64,000 nucleotides of DNA from an uncultured Candidatus Binatia bacterium (GTDB lineage: Bacteria; Desulfobacterota; Binatia; Bin18). This document shows positions 1-8,925 of this stretch, piece by piece. Within the stretch, counting starts at the first letter, position 1, and each line of letters opens with the position of its first letter. The stretch spans positions 4,128,001-4,192,000 of the forward strand of contig OZ243961.1 in NCBI GenBank assembly GCA_965214605.1, in the 5' to 3' direction. The notes under the pieces are model-generated. The model was not told where the DNA came from and did not search any database. It saw only the letters and a program-made list of their open reading frames with translations. Made by a program: the position numbers and the translations under genes.

Positions 1-236
1 CCGCTCGGGATGTCCTTACCCGCTGTCGAAGGGCTGACTACACCCGAGGGCGATATCCGTCCCCTCAAGGCTGCCTCCAGGGTACTCACCCACCCCCGTG
101 CTCTGCCCGTCCTGCTCGCCCTAGGGCGTGTCCGATCCAGGGTTGCTCAGACAATTACCCGGCTGTGCCGGATTCTGCTACCGGTTCTGCGCGTGTCCTA
201 AAGAAGACTCTTGGCCGTCCACTGCATCACCATCCG

Positions 237-1037
237 CTATTGGTCGGCTATTTCGGCCTTCAACTTTTTTTGTAGGTCAAACGCGGGCCGGGCCAGATCG
301 CGGCGTCCAAGCTTCAAATATCCTCTCCACGATTTCTCTAGGCTGGTGATAGCCTCATCGCGTTGGCCTAACTCGCTATACACCACACCTAGGCCGTGAT
401 GGACCTCCGGGTCGTCTGGGTTGAGCCGGATGACCTCTTCATACTCTTGCCGGGCCTCTTGATACAAGCCTTTCTCGGTATACACTTTGGCCAATCGATT
501 ATGGGCGGCACTCATGTCTGGCTCAAGTCGAATGGCCTCTTTATAGGCCTCAATAGCCTCATCCTGTTGGCCGATTTTGAGCAACTCCTGACCTAGCTCA
601 AAATGAACTGAGGCCGAGTCCGGCTCGTATTGCAACGCCCGTTGAAACGCATCGACGGCCTCAGCCGATTTATTGTTGCGTCGCAGCTCAGCCCCTCGCT
701 TCACATAATAGCCGGCCAGGGCGGTGCGTGCTCCAACGTGCTCGGGCGTGCGGTTTAAGACCTCCCGGTACCAGTTCAGGGAAGTATCAATTGCCCCCAG
801 CTTTTCATATACCACGCCCAGACGGTAGCGCGCTTCGACGTGCTCGGGCTGTTCCTTGAGCAGCTCTGTGTACTCAGAGACCGCCTCACTCCAGCGCATG
901 GTCTCTTCGTAGCCCATACCCCGACTCATCCGATCCTGAGCCTCGGCCTGAGATACCATCAGAAGTCCCAGACCGAGCCATATTCCGCTGAGCAGCCAAT
1001 AGTATTTTCGCACGGTTTCCTCCAATCTCGCTTGCAT
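237..1037 (-). CDS. Tetratricopeptide-repeat protein with N-terminal signal/anchor
   Basis: 266 aa; hydrophobic N-terminus ending AEA, then repeated TPR units (ARYRLGVVY, VHFELG, AHNRLAKVY, VHHGLGVVY). Confidence 0.85.
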   Translation of the reverse strand: MQARLEETVRKYYWLLSGIWLGLGLLMVSQAEAQDRMSRGMGYEETMRWSEAVSEYTELLKEQPEHVEARYRLGVVYEKLGAIDTSLNWYREVLNRTPEHVGARTALAGYYVKRGAELRRNNKSAEAVDAFQRALQYEPDSASVHFELGQELLKIGQQDEAIEAYKEAIRLEPDMSAAHNRLAKVYTEKGLYQEARQEYEEVIRLNPDDPEVHHGLGVVYSELGQRDEAITSLEKSWRGYLKLGRRDLARPAFDLQKKLKAEIADQ

Positions 1038-1163
1038 GCGTCTCTACTATGCATATCCAGCTTCGCCGCCGTCTGCAATCTCGGTGGCGCCTGTGGCAGG
1101 ATCTAGGCGAGAATACAATTGTCAGCTAGAATGCTTGCGCGCAACACAGATAAGGAGGACGTC

Positions 1164-1382
1164 ATGGCTTCGTGCGAGCATCTTTGGCATGCAGAAGAGC
1201 AGATGCGTAACCTCCTGCATATGGTCAACGAACATCTCAAACAGCATGATCCAGACGAAGATGCCTACGGTGCACTGCTGGCCGTTGCGCATCATATCAA
1301 TGAGGCCTTTCGCGAACTGAGCTATTTACTCGATCAGGCTGAGGAAACAGAGGAGCCCTTTGAGAAAGAGGTGGGGCATTAA
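1164..1382 (+). CDS. Small acidic His-rich hypothetical protein
   Basis: Strong SD TAAGGAGG at 1151-1158 before ATG 1164; 72 aa, helical-looking. Confidence 0.65.
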   Translation: MASCEHLWHAEEQMRNLLHMVNEHLKQHDPDEDAYGALLAVAHHINEAFRELSYLLDQAEETEEPFEKEVGH

Positions 1383-1386
1383 AGAT

Positions 1387-1575
1387 ATGGAAGACAAACC
1401 GCCCCAGGTGACAAAGCCGTTCCGACTGCTCACCGCCCGTAACGGTTTTATTTTGCATATTACGCCGCACGTGAGGCCCAAACAGATCAAGATGCAGAAA
1501 TCCTCTGGTCCGCATATGATCTATGCCATCTCGTATATGTATCCGGAGCAGATGGCCCTGACCCGAAGCAACTAA
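1387..1575 (+). CDS. Small basic hypothetical protein
   Basis: ATG 4 nt after the previous stop; 62 aa; no recognised domain. Confidence 0.35.
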   Translation: MEDKPPQVTKPFRLLTARNGFILHITPHVRPKQIKMQKSSGPHMIYAISYMYPEQMALTRSN

Positions 1576-1600
1576 AACCAGATATGGTTTGGGCCGACAC

Positions 1601-3061
1601 TTACAGCCCCAGTTTGCCGGGGTTCATAATCCCGGCCGGGTCGAGGCTGGCTTTGAGGCCGCGCAGGACCTCCATGCCGCCGCCCAGCTGACGCTGGACC
1701 AAATGGCCGAGACGCACCCCTACACCGTGGACATACTCGATTGAGCCCCCGATGTTTTGAGCCATCCGTAAAATGGTGTCGGTTGCCCGTCGCATGGTCT
1801 CGGCCGCGGCCGGGTCACGGACTGGTGAACAGTACAAGACCAGCGAATAGCACTCGGGCCAGATCCAGACCGCTTCTTGGCACAGCTGGACCGGGCTGTT
1901 TTGCAACTGGTCGGCGACCCAGAGGCGAAAGCTGAGGAGTTCGGCGGCCGGGATGCTCAGGTGTAGATAGTCCAGCTGGGCCTTACCGGCCGGGGTGTTG
2001 AGCCACGCGCCGTCGCGCTGATTGGGATCCTCGGCCCAGCGGTCGGCGGCGGCATGGCGTGTAGACCAATAGGTGTCGAGATCCGCGGCCTCGTCTTCCG
2101 GGATTGCGCCGTGGCTGGTGACAATAGTGTGGGCGAGGTCTTGCTGGGCGGCGACCTCTGAGGCTTGGCCGTCAAAAACAAGCACCAGATAGGACGGGGA
2201 GGAATCCGTTGATACCGGATCGGTGTCAGATTCCAGGCCAGGTGCCGCACGGCGTCCCCGTAGTTCGGACGGCCAGCTATCGACCGATAGCTCCATTGAG
2301 GTTGGCACTAGGCCGCGACCCTGCATCTCGAGCAGGGCACGAAAACCGCTTGGAAAGTCGGCAAAGGTGAAGCCGAGCAGGACCTGGGTTGGGAGCTGGG
2401 GAAAAATTCGCAGCGTTGCCTCGGTCACAATCCCCAGCGTTCCTTCCGCACCAATAAAAAGCTGGGTCAGGTCCGGACCGGTCGAGCGTTTGCGCGTGCC
2501 AGGGGTGTGGATAACGGTTCCGGTGCCAAGCACGGCCTCAAGTCCGAGCACCTGATCCGCCATCGAACCATAGCGTCCGCCGAGATAGCCCAGTCCATTG
2601 GTGCTAATCGCTCCGCCAACAGTCGCCATACCAATGGACCATGGATCATGGCCGAGCAGCAGGCCGTGCTGGCGGAGGCGTTCGCCTAGCGGACGCAGAC
2701 GCACGCCGCTCTGGACCTGAACGGTCAGTGCTTGCTGATCAATTGCTAAGATCCGGTCCATACGGCGCATATCAACGATGATACCCGGCCTGACAGACAG
2801 GGCTCCACCCATCAGGCCGCTGCCGCCTCCGTGTGGAACCAACGGGATGGCATAGCGGCGGGCGATATCAACCAGGTTCACCACCTGTTGGGCCGAGCCG
2901 GGTTGTACGACTGCCACAGGCGGTTGCTCCAAGCCGATCATGGCTCCAAAACCTCGGTGCGGTCGCAGTGCGTCGCGGCTCAGAGCGGTGCGGATTGCAG
3001 GATCGGTCAGCACGTAGTCTGGGCCTAGGGCGGCGCGCAGGGAGGGGATAGCTGGATGCAT
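1601..3061 (-). CDS. FAD-binding oxidoreductase (GlcD/VAO family)
   Basis: PHGGGSGLMGG, ATVGGAISTNG, LFIGAEGTLGIVTEA, HGVG and C-terminal DPAGIMNPGK; start 3061 or 3094. Confidence 0.9.
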   Translation of the reverse strand: MHPAIPSLRAALGPDYVLTDPAIRTALSRDALRPHRGFGAMIGLEQPPVAVVQPGSAQQVVNLVDIARRYAIPLVPHGGGSGLMGGALSVRPGIIVDMRRMDRILAIDQQALTVQVQSGVRLRPLGERLRQHGLLLGHDPWSIGMATVGGAISTNGLGYLGGRYGSMADQVLGLEAVLGTGTVIHTPGTRKRSTGPDLTQLFIGAEGTLGIVTEATLRIFPQLPTQVLLGFTFADFPSGFRALLEMQGRGLVPTSMELSVDSWPSELRGRRAAPGLESDTDPVSTDSSPSYLVLVFDGQASEVAAQQDLAHTIVTSHGAIPEDEAADLDTYWSTRHAAADRWAEDPNQRDGAWLNTPAGKAQLDYLHLSIPAAELLSFRLWVADQLQNSPVQLCQEAVWIWPECYSLVLYCSPVRDPAAAETMRRATDTILRMAQNIGGSIEYVHGVGVRLGHLVQRQLGGGMEVLRGLKASLDPAGIMNPGKLGL

Positions 3062-3145
3062 AAGGATGTACTTTCCTTGCACATAGGATAGCATGTGGCG
3101 GTCGACGAATATATTCCTGAACCCCCGCAGACGAAGAGAAAACCT

Positions 3146-3715
3146 ATGGCTGAGACTCGGATGATTCTGCCTACCTCTCTCTCTTTGGCCTACACTTCGG
3201 ACCAGATAGCCGGCCGGGTGCGGGATATAGCTCGCCAGCTATCCCAGACCTTTGCCGACCGTGAGCCGCTGGTGATTGGGATCCTTAAAGGCGCATTTAT
3301 TTTTGTGGCTGATCTCGTCCGTGCGATGGATATCCCGGTCCGAATCGATTTCATCCAGGCCGCCAGCTATGGCCGGACAACCAGCTCCTCAGGCAGCGTG
3401 CGGCTGCTACACGACCCCGACCAGTGTCTCCGCGGCCAGGATGTCATCTTAGTCGATACCGTTCTGGATACCGGCTTGACGCTTGCTACCGTGATACCCC
3501 GCCTGAGGCAGGCCCACCCGCGTTCGCTGACAGTGTGCGTGCTGATCAAAAAAGAAGACCGGGTCCAGCGAGAGGTAGCCGTCGATTATGTCGGGTTTGT
3601 GCGCTCCCAGGGCTTTCTCGTCGGTTATGGGACGGATTGGAGTGAGCGCTACCGTCAGCTAGACGGCGTCTACGTGCTTGAAGAGGAGGAGAAAGGGCCG
3701 GCCGCGTTTTTCTAG
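3146..3715 (+). CDS. hpt: Hypoxanthine phosphoribosyltransferase (divergent PRPP motif)
   Basis: GILKGAFIFVADLVR, IDFIQAASYG, DTGLTL, FLVGYGTD..ERYRQL. Confidence 0.85.
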   Translation: MAETRMILPTSLSLAYTSDQIAGRVRDIARQLSQTFADREPLVIGILKGAFIFVADLVRAMDIPVRIDFIQAASYGRTTSSSGSVRLLHDPDQCLRGQDVILVDTVLDTGLTLATVIPRLRQAHPRSLTVCVLIKKEDRVQREVAVDYVGFVRSQGFLVGYGTDWSERYRQLDGVYVLEEEEKGPAAFF

Positions 3716-4072
3716 CTGTTGCGATGCGGCTTGGGCACCACCGCCAGCATCTCCCGCCCGGTCTTCGCCTGATATTTGTCCTAAGACGGAGAAATCCCGC
3801 GCATTATATCCCGCCAGTGGTGGGTGCGGGCGCCAGCCCGAAAACACCCGTCGAGAGCCTGCACCTCGGGGCGATGAGGTGCAGATGCCAGCTGGGATGC
3901 TGTGGCCGCCGCCCCCTAAGACGACGACAGGGTTGCCCTTCGCCTCACCATAGATCAGGGGCAGGACGATGGGCTTGCCAAGCCCCGACCCTTCGTTGCC
4001 AACAGTGAGGAACTCCGGGTACCGCCGACTGGCGGTAGAGTCCAACGGCCCCGATCCGTCGTAAGCGTCTCT

Positions 4073-4795
4073 TTAGCGGGGCGTGTGTTGAGCCAAAAAG
4101 TCTTCCACCGCCTGTTTGGCCGCTGGCTGGTCTTGGGGCTCTTTCCAGTTTTCAATAAGTGTGGCGTTTTGGGCCAGACGCGCGATCTCGCGCGAGGTTT
4201 CGGATGGGTGGTACAGATCGTTACCGAGCAAGAGCAGGAGCGGCGTGGAGCACCGGGCGACGAACTCTTTTGACACGTTAAAAAGAAAATCCCCACCATA
4301 CATCGACCTCTTGAACGTCTCCCAGGCTTCGGAACTCGCTTCCGGCCGGTCGGGCTTGAGGCCGTCAGCCCACCCGTCGAACATGTCATAAAATGCCTGA
4401 CGGTTGTCTGAGAGGCCGATTGTCTGAAATAAAATGGCCGAGATAACCCGTTGCGGAGCGGCCTGGATGAGGCCCATACAGTACGGACCGCCGATACACA
4501 TGCCGGCGACATGAAAGCGATCAACACCGAGGTGATCGAGCAGGGCTAGCTGATCCTCGGTATAGACGTGCCAGCTATCGGTTGCCCTGATCGGGGCACT
4601 GGATTGACCGGCGTTGCGCTGGTCCATAGCAATGACGCGATAGTGGGCGGCGAGCTGCGGAATGGGATTCCAGGCGGCCTGATCCCAGAAGGATACCGAG
4701 GAGCGCATACCCCCTGGGGCGATGAGTAAAATCGGAAAACCCGAGCCGTGCTCTTCATAGTACAGCTTGATATCACCACGTTCGAATATTGGCAT
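4073..4795 (-). CDS. Alpha/beta hydrolase
   Basis: YYEEHGSGFPILLI, DQRNAGQS, nucleophile elbow GMCIGG (Cys); SD AAGGGAG. Confidence 0.85.
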   Translation of the reverse strand: MPIFERGDIKLYYEEHGSGFPILLIAPGGMRSSVSFWDQAAWNPIPQLAAHYRVIAMDQRNAGQSSAPIRATDSWHVYTEDQLALLDHLGVDRFHVAGMCIGGPYCMGLIQAAPQRVISAILFQTIGLSDNRQAFYDMFDGWADGLKPDRPEASSEAWETFKRSMYGGDFLFNVSKEFVARCSTPLLLLLGNDLYHPSETSREIARLAQNATLIENWKEPQDQPAAKQAVEDFLAQHTPR

Positions 4796-5021
4796 ACACA
4801 GTTCTCCCTTCGGACTCTCGCTCTTGTCCATGGGCCAGAGTCGTATTTCAGACTGTTGTAGCACAACTCTCAGAGTCTGGCAGGCTTATGTTCGGAAGAA
4901 GCAGAGGTTACGGCCGGCAGCGGCCGATTCGAACAGCCTGAGGCACGGCTCGGAAACTTCGCCGTTCTCCTGTCCCCGACGCTTCTCCCTCACAGGGACG
5001 CCTGAACTCGAACCGAACGGG

Positions 5022-7820
5022 TTAGGAGCAACCGCTCGTCGCTCCACAGTTCAGACACTTGTAGCACGACCCGTTCCGGATCATGATTGATCCACAGTCA
5101 GCACAGCTCGGTGCGTCGGCCTGTGATTGCCAGGTGGTGACCTGTGGGAAGTTGCTCCTGGTCTCCTTCGCTGGGGCTGGGACAGGAGCCAGGGGCTTGA
5201 CAGAGGCGGTGTCCGCGGCCTGCTCGACGTCCATCCCTTCGACTAGGCCGATTTCCTCTTTCAACTCGGTTGACAAGAAACGGGTACCCAGAAAGCGGAA
5301 GATATAATCGATCAACGATTTTGCGTAGGGGATATCAGGGTTCTTGGTAAACCCGGACGGCTCAAAGCGGACATGCCCAAACTTATTCACCAACGTTTCC
5401 AGCGGGACCCCGTACTGGAGGGCGACAGAAGTCAGGGTCGCGATTGAGTCCATGAGGCCCGATATGGTGCTGCCTTCCTTGGCCATGCGGATAAAGATTT
5501 CTCCGGGCGATCCGTCTTCATAAAAACCGACGTGGATATAGCCCTCGTGTCCTGCCACCTCAAATTTATGACAGAGGGCCGTGCGATCCATGGGTAGACG
5601 CCGCCGCTTGTCTGGGCTCTCGGCTTTGTCTGCAATGGAGGGCTTCTTTTGCGTCCCCAGCGGTTGGACCCGCTTACACCCGTCACGATAGAGCGCGACC
5701 GCCTTGAGCCCCAGGCGCCAGGCTTCCATATACGCGTCGACAATATCCTCAACCGTGGCGTCGTTGGACAGATTGACCGTTTTGGAGATGGCGCCTGACA
5801 GAAACGGCTGGACCGCTCCCATCATCCGCAAATGGCCCATATGGTGGATCGCTCGATGACCCTGGGCTGGTTTGAACGCGCAGTCAAACACCTCCAGATG
5901 TTCATCGCGCAATCCCGGGGCACCTTCAATTGTCTCCTGCTCGTCAATGTATTCAACAATAGTCTGGATCTCCCGACTGGTGTAGCCAAGCCGCTTGAGG
6001 GCGCGGGGGACCGTGGTATTGACTAGTTTCAGCAGCCCACCGCCAACCAGGCGTTTGTATTTGATCAGGGCAATGTCCGGCTCAACCCCGGTCGTATCGC
6101 AGTCCATCATAAAGGCGATGGTTCCTGTTGGGGCCAGCACGGTAGCTTGCGAGTTGCGGTAGCCAACGCGCTGACCGAGTGCTAGGGCCTCGTCCCAGGC
6201 TTTGCGCGCCTCAGACAGCAGCTCAAGCGGCACCAGAGACGGGGGGAGGTGATGAGCGGCTGAGCGATGTTTGTCGATCACCGCCAGCATCGGCTCACGG
6301 TTCCGTTCATAGCCGGCAAACGAGCCGAGCTGTTGGGCGATGCGGGCTGACTGGAGGTAGGCCTGGCCGGTCATCAGGGCCGTAATCGCGCCCGCATATT
6401 GCCGGCCGGCCTCAGAATCATAGGGCAGGCCCAAGGACATCAGGAGCGCGCCCAGGTTGGCGTAGCCGAGGCCGAGTTCACGAAAGGCTCTGGCGTTGTC
6501 GGTGATGTCGGGTGTGGGATAGCTGGAGTTGTCAACGAGGATGTCTTGGGCGGTAATGCTGATAGCGACAGCGTGCGTAAAGGACGCGGTATCAAATTCG
6601 CCGTCGTCCTTAAGGAATTTTATGAGGTTGAGTGAGGCCAGATTACACGCGCTATCGTCCAGGTGCATGTATTCCGAGCACGGATTGCTGGCATTAATCC
6701 GTCCGCTGTTGGGGCAGGTGTGCCAGGCATTGATCGTCGTATCGAACTGCATGCCTGGGTCGCCGCACTGCCAGGTCGCCTCGGCGATCTTCCGTAATAG
6801 CTCCTCAGCCGCAAAGGTCTCGTGCTCGTGTCCGGTAGTGACGAGCCGAGTCGACCACGGCTGGTGATCGACTACCGCATGCATAAAGGCATCGCTGACC
6901 CGTACCGAGTTGTTGGCGTTCTGAAAGAAGATCGAGCTGTAGGCCGCGCCGTCAATCGATGCATCGTAGCCGGCCTCAATCAGAGTCCAGGCTTTCCGCT
7001 CTTCTTCGGCCTTGCACTGAATAAATTCGATGATGTCCGGGTGGTCCACATTCAGGACGATCATTTTGGCCGCGCGGCGCGTTTTCCCGCCCGATTTAAT
7101 GACCCCTGCTGACGCGTCGGCCGCTCGCATAAACGATACCGGCCCAGAGGCGACCCCCCCGCTCGACAGACGCTCTTTAGATGAGCGGATGCGAGACAGA
7201 TTGACCCCTGAGCCTGAGCCACCTTTAAAAATAACGCCCTCTTTACGGTACCAGTCAAGGATTGACTCCATCTGATCGTTGACCGACAGAATAAAACACG
7301 CGCTGCACTGTGGGTGTGGTTCAACCCCGACGTTGAACCACACCGGACTGTTAAAGGCCAGCTTCTGCTCGACCAACAGATGGGTCAGTTCATCGCTAAA
7401 AATCCGGGCCCTGGCGTCGTCGGTGAAATAGCCATCCTTTTTGCCCCAGGTTGTGATGGTGTCGACGACCCGGCCGATAAGCTGGCGCACGCTGTGTTCC
7501 CGCTGGGGGGTTCCGAGCGGGCCCCGAAAGTATTTTGAGACAACAACGTTGGTCGCCAGCTGAGACCAGGCTTTGGGGATTTCGACCCCGTGCTGCTCAA
7601 ATACAGCCTCCCCGTTTTCTCCTGAGATGACCGCGTTGCGCTGCTCCCATTCGACCAGAGACAACGGATGCTCGTCGGCTCGGGTAAAGTGCCGGGTGAG
7701 GCGGACGCCGCCTCTTTTGGGTGTGGAACGGTTTGGAGGCTCGGCGACTACCGGGGCTGTTTCCGGATCGTCCCCAGACGCGCAGGGTTCCAGTCTCTGC
7801 GAATCATCACCGCCTCTCAC
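5022..7820 (-). CDS. nrdJ: Class II (adenosylcobalamin-dependent) ribonucleotide reductase
   Basis: FNSPVWFN, QCSACFI, GGKTRRAAKM, ASNPCSEY, VLAPTGTI, C-terminal TSCPD-like domain and Zn ribbon ending CGATSGCS. Confidence 0.96.
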   Translation of the reverse strand: MRGGDDSQRLEPCASGDDPETAPVVAEPPNRSTPKRGGVRLTRHFTRADEHPLSLVEWEQRNAVISGENGEAVFEQHGVEIPKAWSQLATNVVVSKYFRGPLGTPQREHSVRQLIGRVVDTITTWGKKDGYFTDDARARIFSDELTHLLVEQKLAFNSPVWFNVGVEPHPQCSACFILSVNDQMESILDWYRKEGVIFKGGSGSGVNLSRIRSSKERLSSGGVASGPVSFMRAADASAGVIKSGGKTRRAAKMIVLNVDHPDIIEFIQCKAEEERKAWTLIEAGYDASIDGAAYSSIFFQNANNSVRVSDAFMHAVVDHQPWSTRLVTTGHEHETFAAEELLRKIAEATWQCGDPGMQFDTTINAWHTCPNSGRINASNPCSEYMHLDDSACNLASLNLIKFLKDDGEFDTASFTHAVAISITAQDILVDNSSYPTPDITDNARAFRELGLGYANLGALLMSLGLPYDSEAGRQYAGAITALMTGQAYLQSARIAQQLGSFAGYERNREPMLAVIDKHRSAAHHLPPSLVPLELLSEARKAWDEALALGQRVGYRNSQATVLAPTGTIAFMMDCDTTGVEPDIALIKYKRLVGGGLLKLVNTTVPRALKRLGYTSREIQTIVEYIDEQETIEGAPGLRDEHLEVFDCAFKPAQGHRAIHHMGHLRMMGAVQPFLSGAISKTVNLSNDATVEDIVDAYMEAWRLGLKAVALYRDGCKRVQPLGTQKKPSIADKAESPDKRRRLPMDRTALCHKFEVAGHEGYIHVGFYEDGSPGEIFIRMAKEGSTISGLMDSIATLTSVALQYGVPLETLVNKFGHVRFEPSGFTKNPDIPYAKSLIDYIFRFLGTRFLSTELKEEIGLVEGMDVEQAADTASVKPLAPVPAPAKETRSNFPQVTTWQSQADAPSCADCGSIMIRNGSCYKCLNCGATSGCS

Positions 7821-7848
7821 GTCCCCCTACCGCCTCTCACGTCCCCCT
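7809..7848. repeat. Perfect 20-bp tandem duplication covering the nrdJ SD and GTG start
   Basis: ACCGCCTCTCACGTCCCCCT at 7809-7828 and 7829-7848. Confidence 0.95.
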
Positions 7849-7904
7849 CCTAGATTACTTTGAGGGGCCTGCTCGCTCCCGGCGGACCCGCCGCGCCGCC
7901 AGCT

Positions 7905-7994
7905 CCCCCACCCCTCACGTACGCGGATCCACGTAGAAAAGCCCGTTGAAGGTGAGTCGGACGAGCCCCCACCCCCACGTACGCGGATCCACGT
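7905..7994. repeat. About 30-bp direct repeat pair in the nrdJ leader
   Basis: CCCCCACCCC(T)CACGTACGCGGATCCACGT at 7905-7934 and 7966-7994. Confidence 0.9.
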
Positions 7995-8071
7995 CCACGG
8001 ATCAGCAAGTAACCCGAAATAAAACAGTAAAACGAAGATCCTTCCTGTATCATAGGAAAATGGCACCCTAC

Positions 8072-8151
8072 ATCATAGGAAAGTAGCATACAACATATAG
8101 TAGTGTCAAGGATCATAGGAAAGCAGCACACAACATATAGTAGTGTCAAAG
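8072..8151 (-). promoter_or_regulatory. Tandem 40-bp unit, each copy with an NrdR box and a TTGACA -35 element (nrdJ promoter)
   Basis: Cores CAACATATAG at 8091-8100 and 8131-8140 fit the NrdR consensus acaCwAtATaTwGtg; the minus strand reads TTGACA-N18-TACTTT with extended TG in the proximal copy. Confidence 0.8.
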
Positions 8152-8216
8152 ATAAATAGTATATCATTGAAATCTCTTTCTCTATTTTGTATTTCCGGCA
8201 CATACTAAAACCGTGT

Positions 8217-8690
8217 ATGGAAAATACCCAACAATCCAAGGGCTGGAATTCGGTCGCCGAAGTGTTGAAGAGTCTTTTATCGGCTCTGCCTATTGCAGGT
8301 CGGGTGAAGGATTACCATGTGTGGGAGATCTGGGAAGAGACGGTTGGTCGGGACATCGCGGCGACAGCATGGCCGAGCAAGATTCAGCACCAAAAGCTGT
8401 TTGTGACTGTCTCTCATCCGGCCGTTATCCAGGAGCTGCAGTTCATCAAAGGACGTATTGTGAGTAGTCTAAACCAGGCCCTGGTCGAGCATGGAGCGCA
8501 ACCGGTCAGGGCTCTTTTTTTCGTGCTGGGTCGTCCCCAAGATATGGCCAGGCCTCCTAAAGAGCCGGCCGGTCTGCCGCTACCACCGTTTTCCGAACTC
8601 TGCGTTCCTAACCTGGGCAAACCTGAACTTGAAGCCGCGTTCGCCACCATCTTGGCCAAGCGTCGTCAGCGTCTGGCCAAAAAATGCTGA
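8217..8690 (+). CDS. DUF721/DciA-family protein
   Basis: WEETVGRDIA...KLFVTVSHPAVIQELQFIKGRIVSSLN pattern typical of DUF721. Confidence 0.8.
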   Translation: MENTQQSKGWNSVAEVLKSLLSALPIAGRVKDYHVWEIWEETVGRDIAATAWPSKIQHQKLFVTVSHPAVIQELQFIKGRIVSSLNQALVEHGAQPVRALFFVLGRPQDMARPPKEPAGLPLPPFSELCVPNLGKPELEAAFATILAKRRQRLAKKC

Positions 8691-8925
8691 ACGCCGATGG
8701 CTGCTTCCAGCTGTGTCGCAGCAGGGCCTGGGTTGCCACCCGGACACCGCTGTGGGTCGGCAAGACATCTAAGCTCAGGGTTGTGCCATGCCGCACGCCA
8801 TCGGTCGGAGTTTGAGGTGTGGCCTCAACTGCCTCTAAGCCTAGGCTTTGGTTCTGTTCGCCTAAGTATAATCACGTTGGTAAAGATCCCACCACTATCG
8901 ACAACAAGGTGCATATCTCCCGCCT

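Noticed and set aside
1-201. 63-aa ORF or REP-like element at the window start
   Set aside because: No SD visible, no domain and no second copy in the window
3659-4045. 128-aa ORF with PLIYG..VVLGG resembling small Zn-ribbon proteins
   Set aside because: Cys pairs are not in frame; it may be a decayed gene but support is too weak to call
4900-5021. tRNA or 6S RNA (GTTCGAATC on the minus strand)
   Set aside because: No cloverleaf or long 6S-type duplex could be built
7850-8050. Cobalamin riboswitch upstream of nrdJ
   Set aside because: No recognisable GGGAA/GCCACTG core or B12 box
7905-8151. CRISPR-like array
   Set aside because: Only pairs of repeats of different sequence, no spacer series and no cas genes
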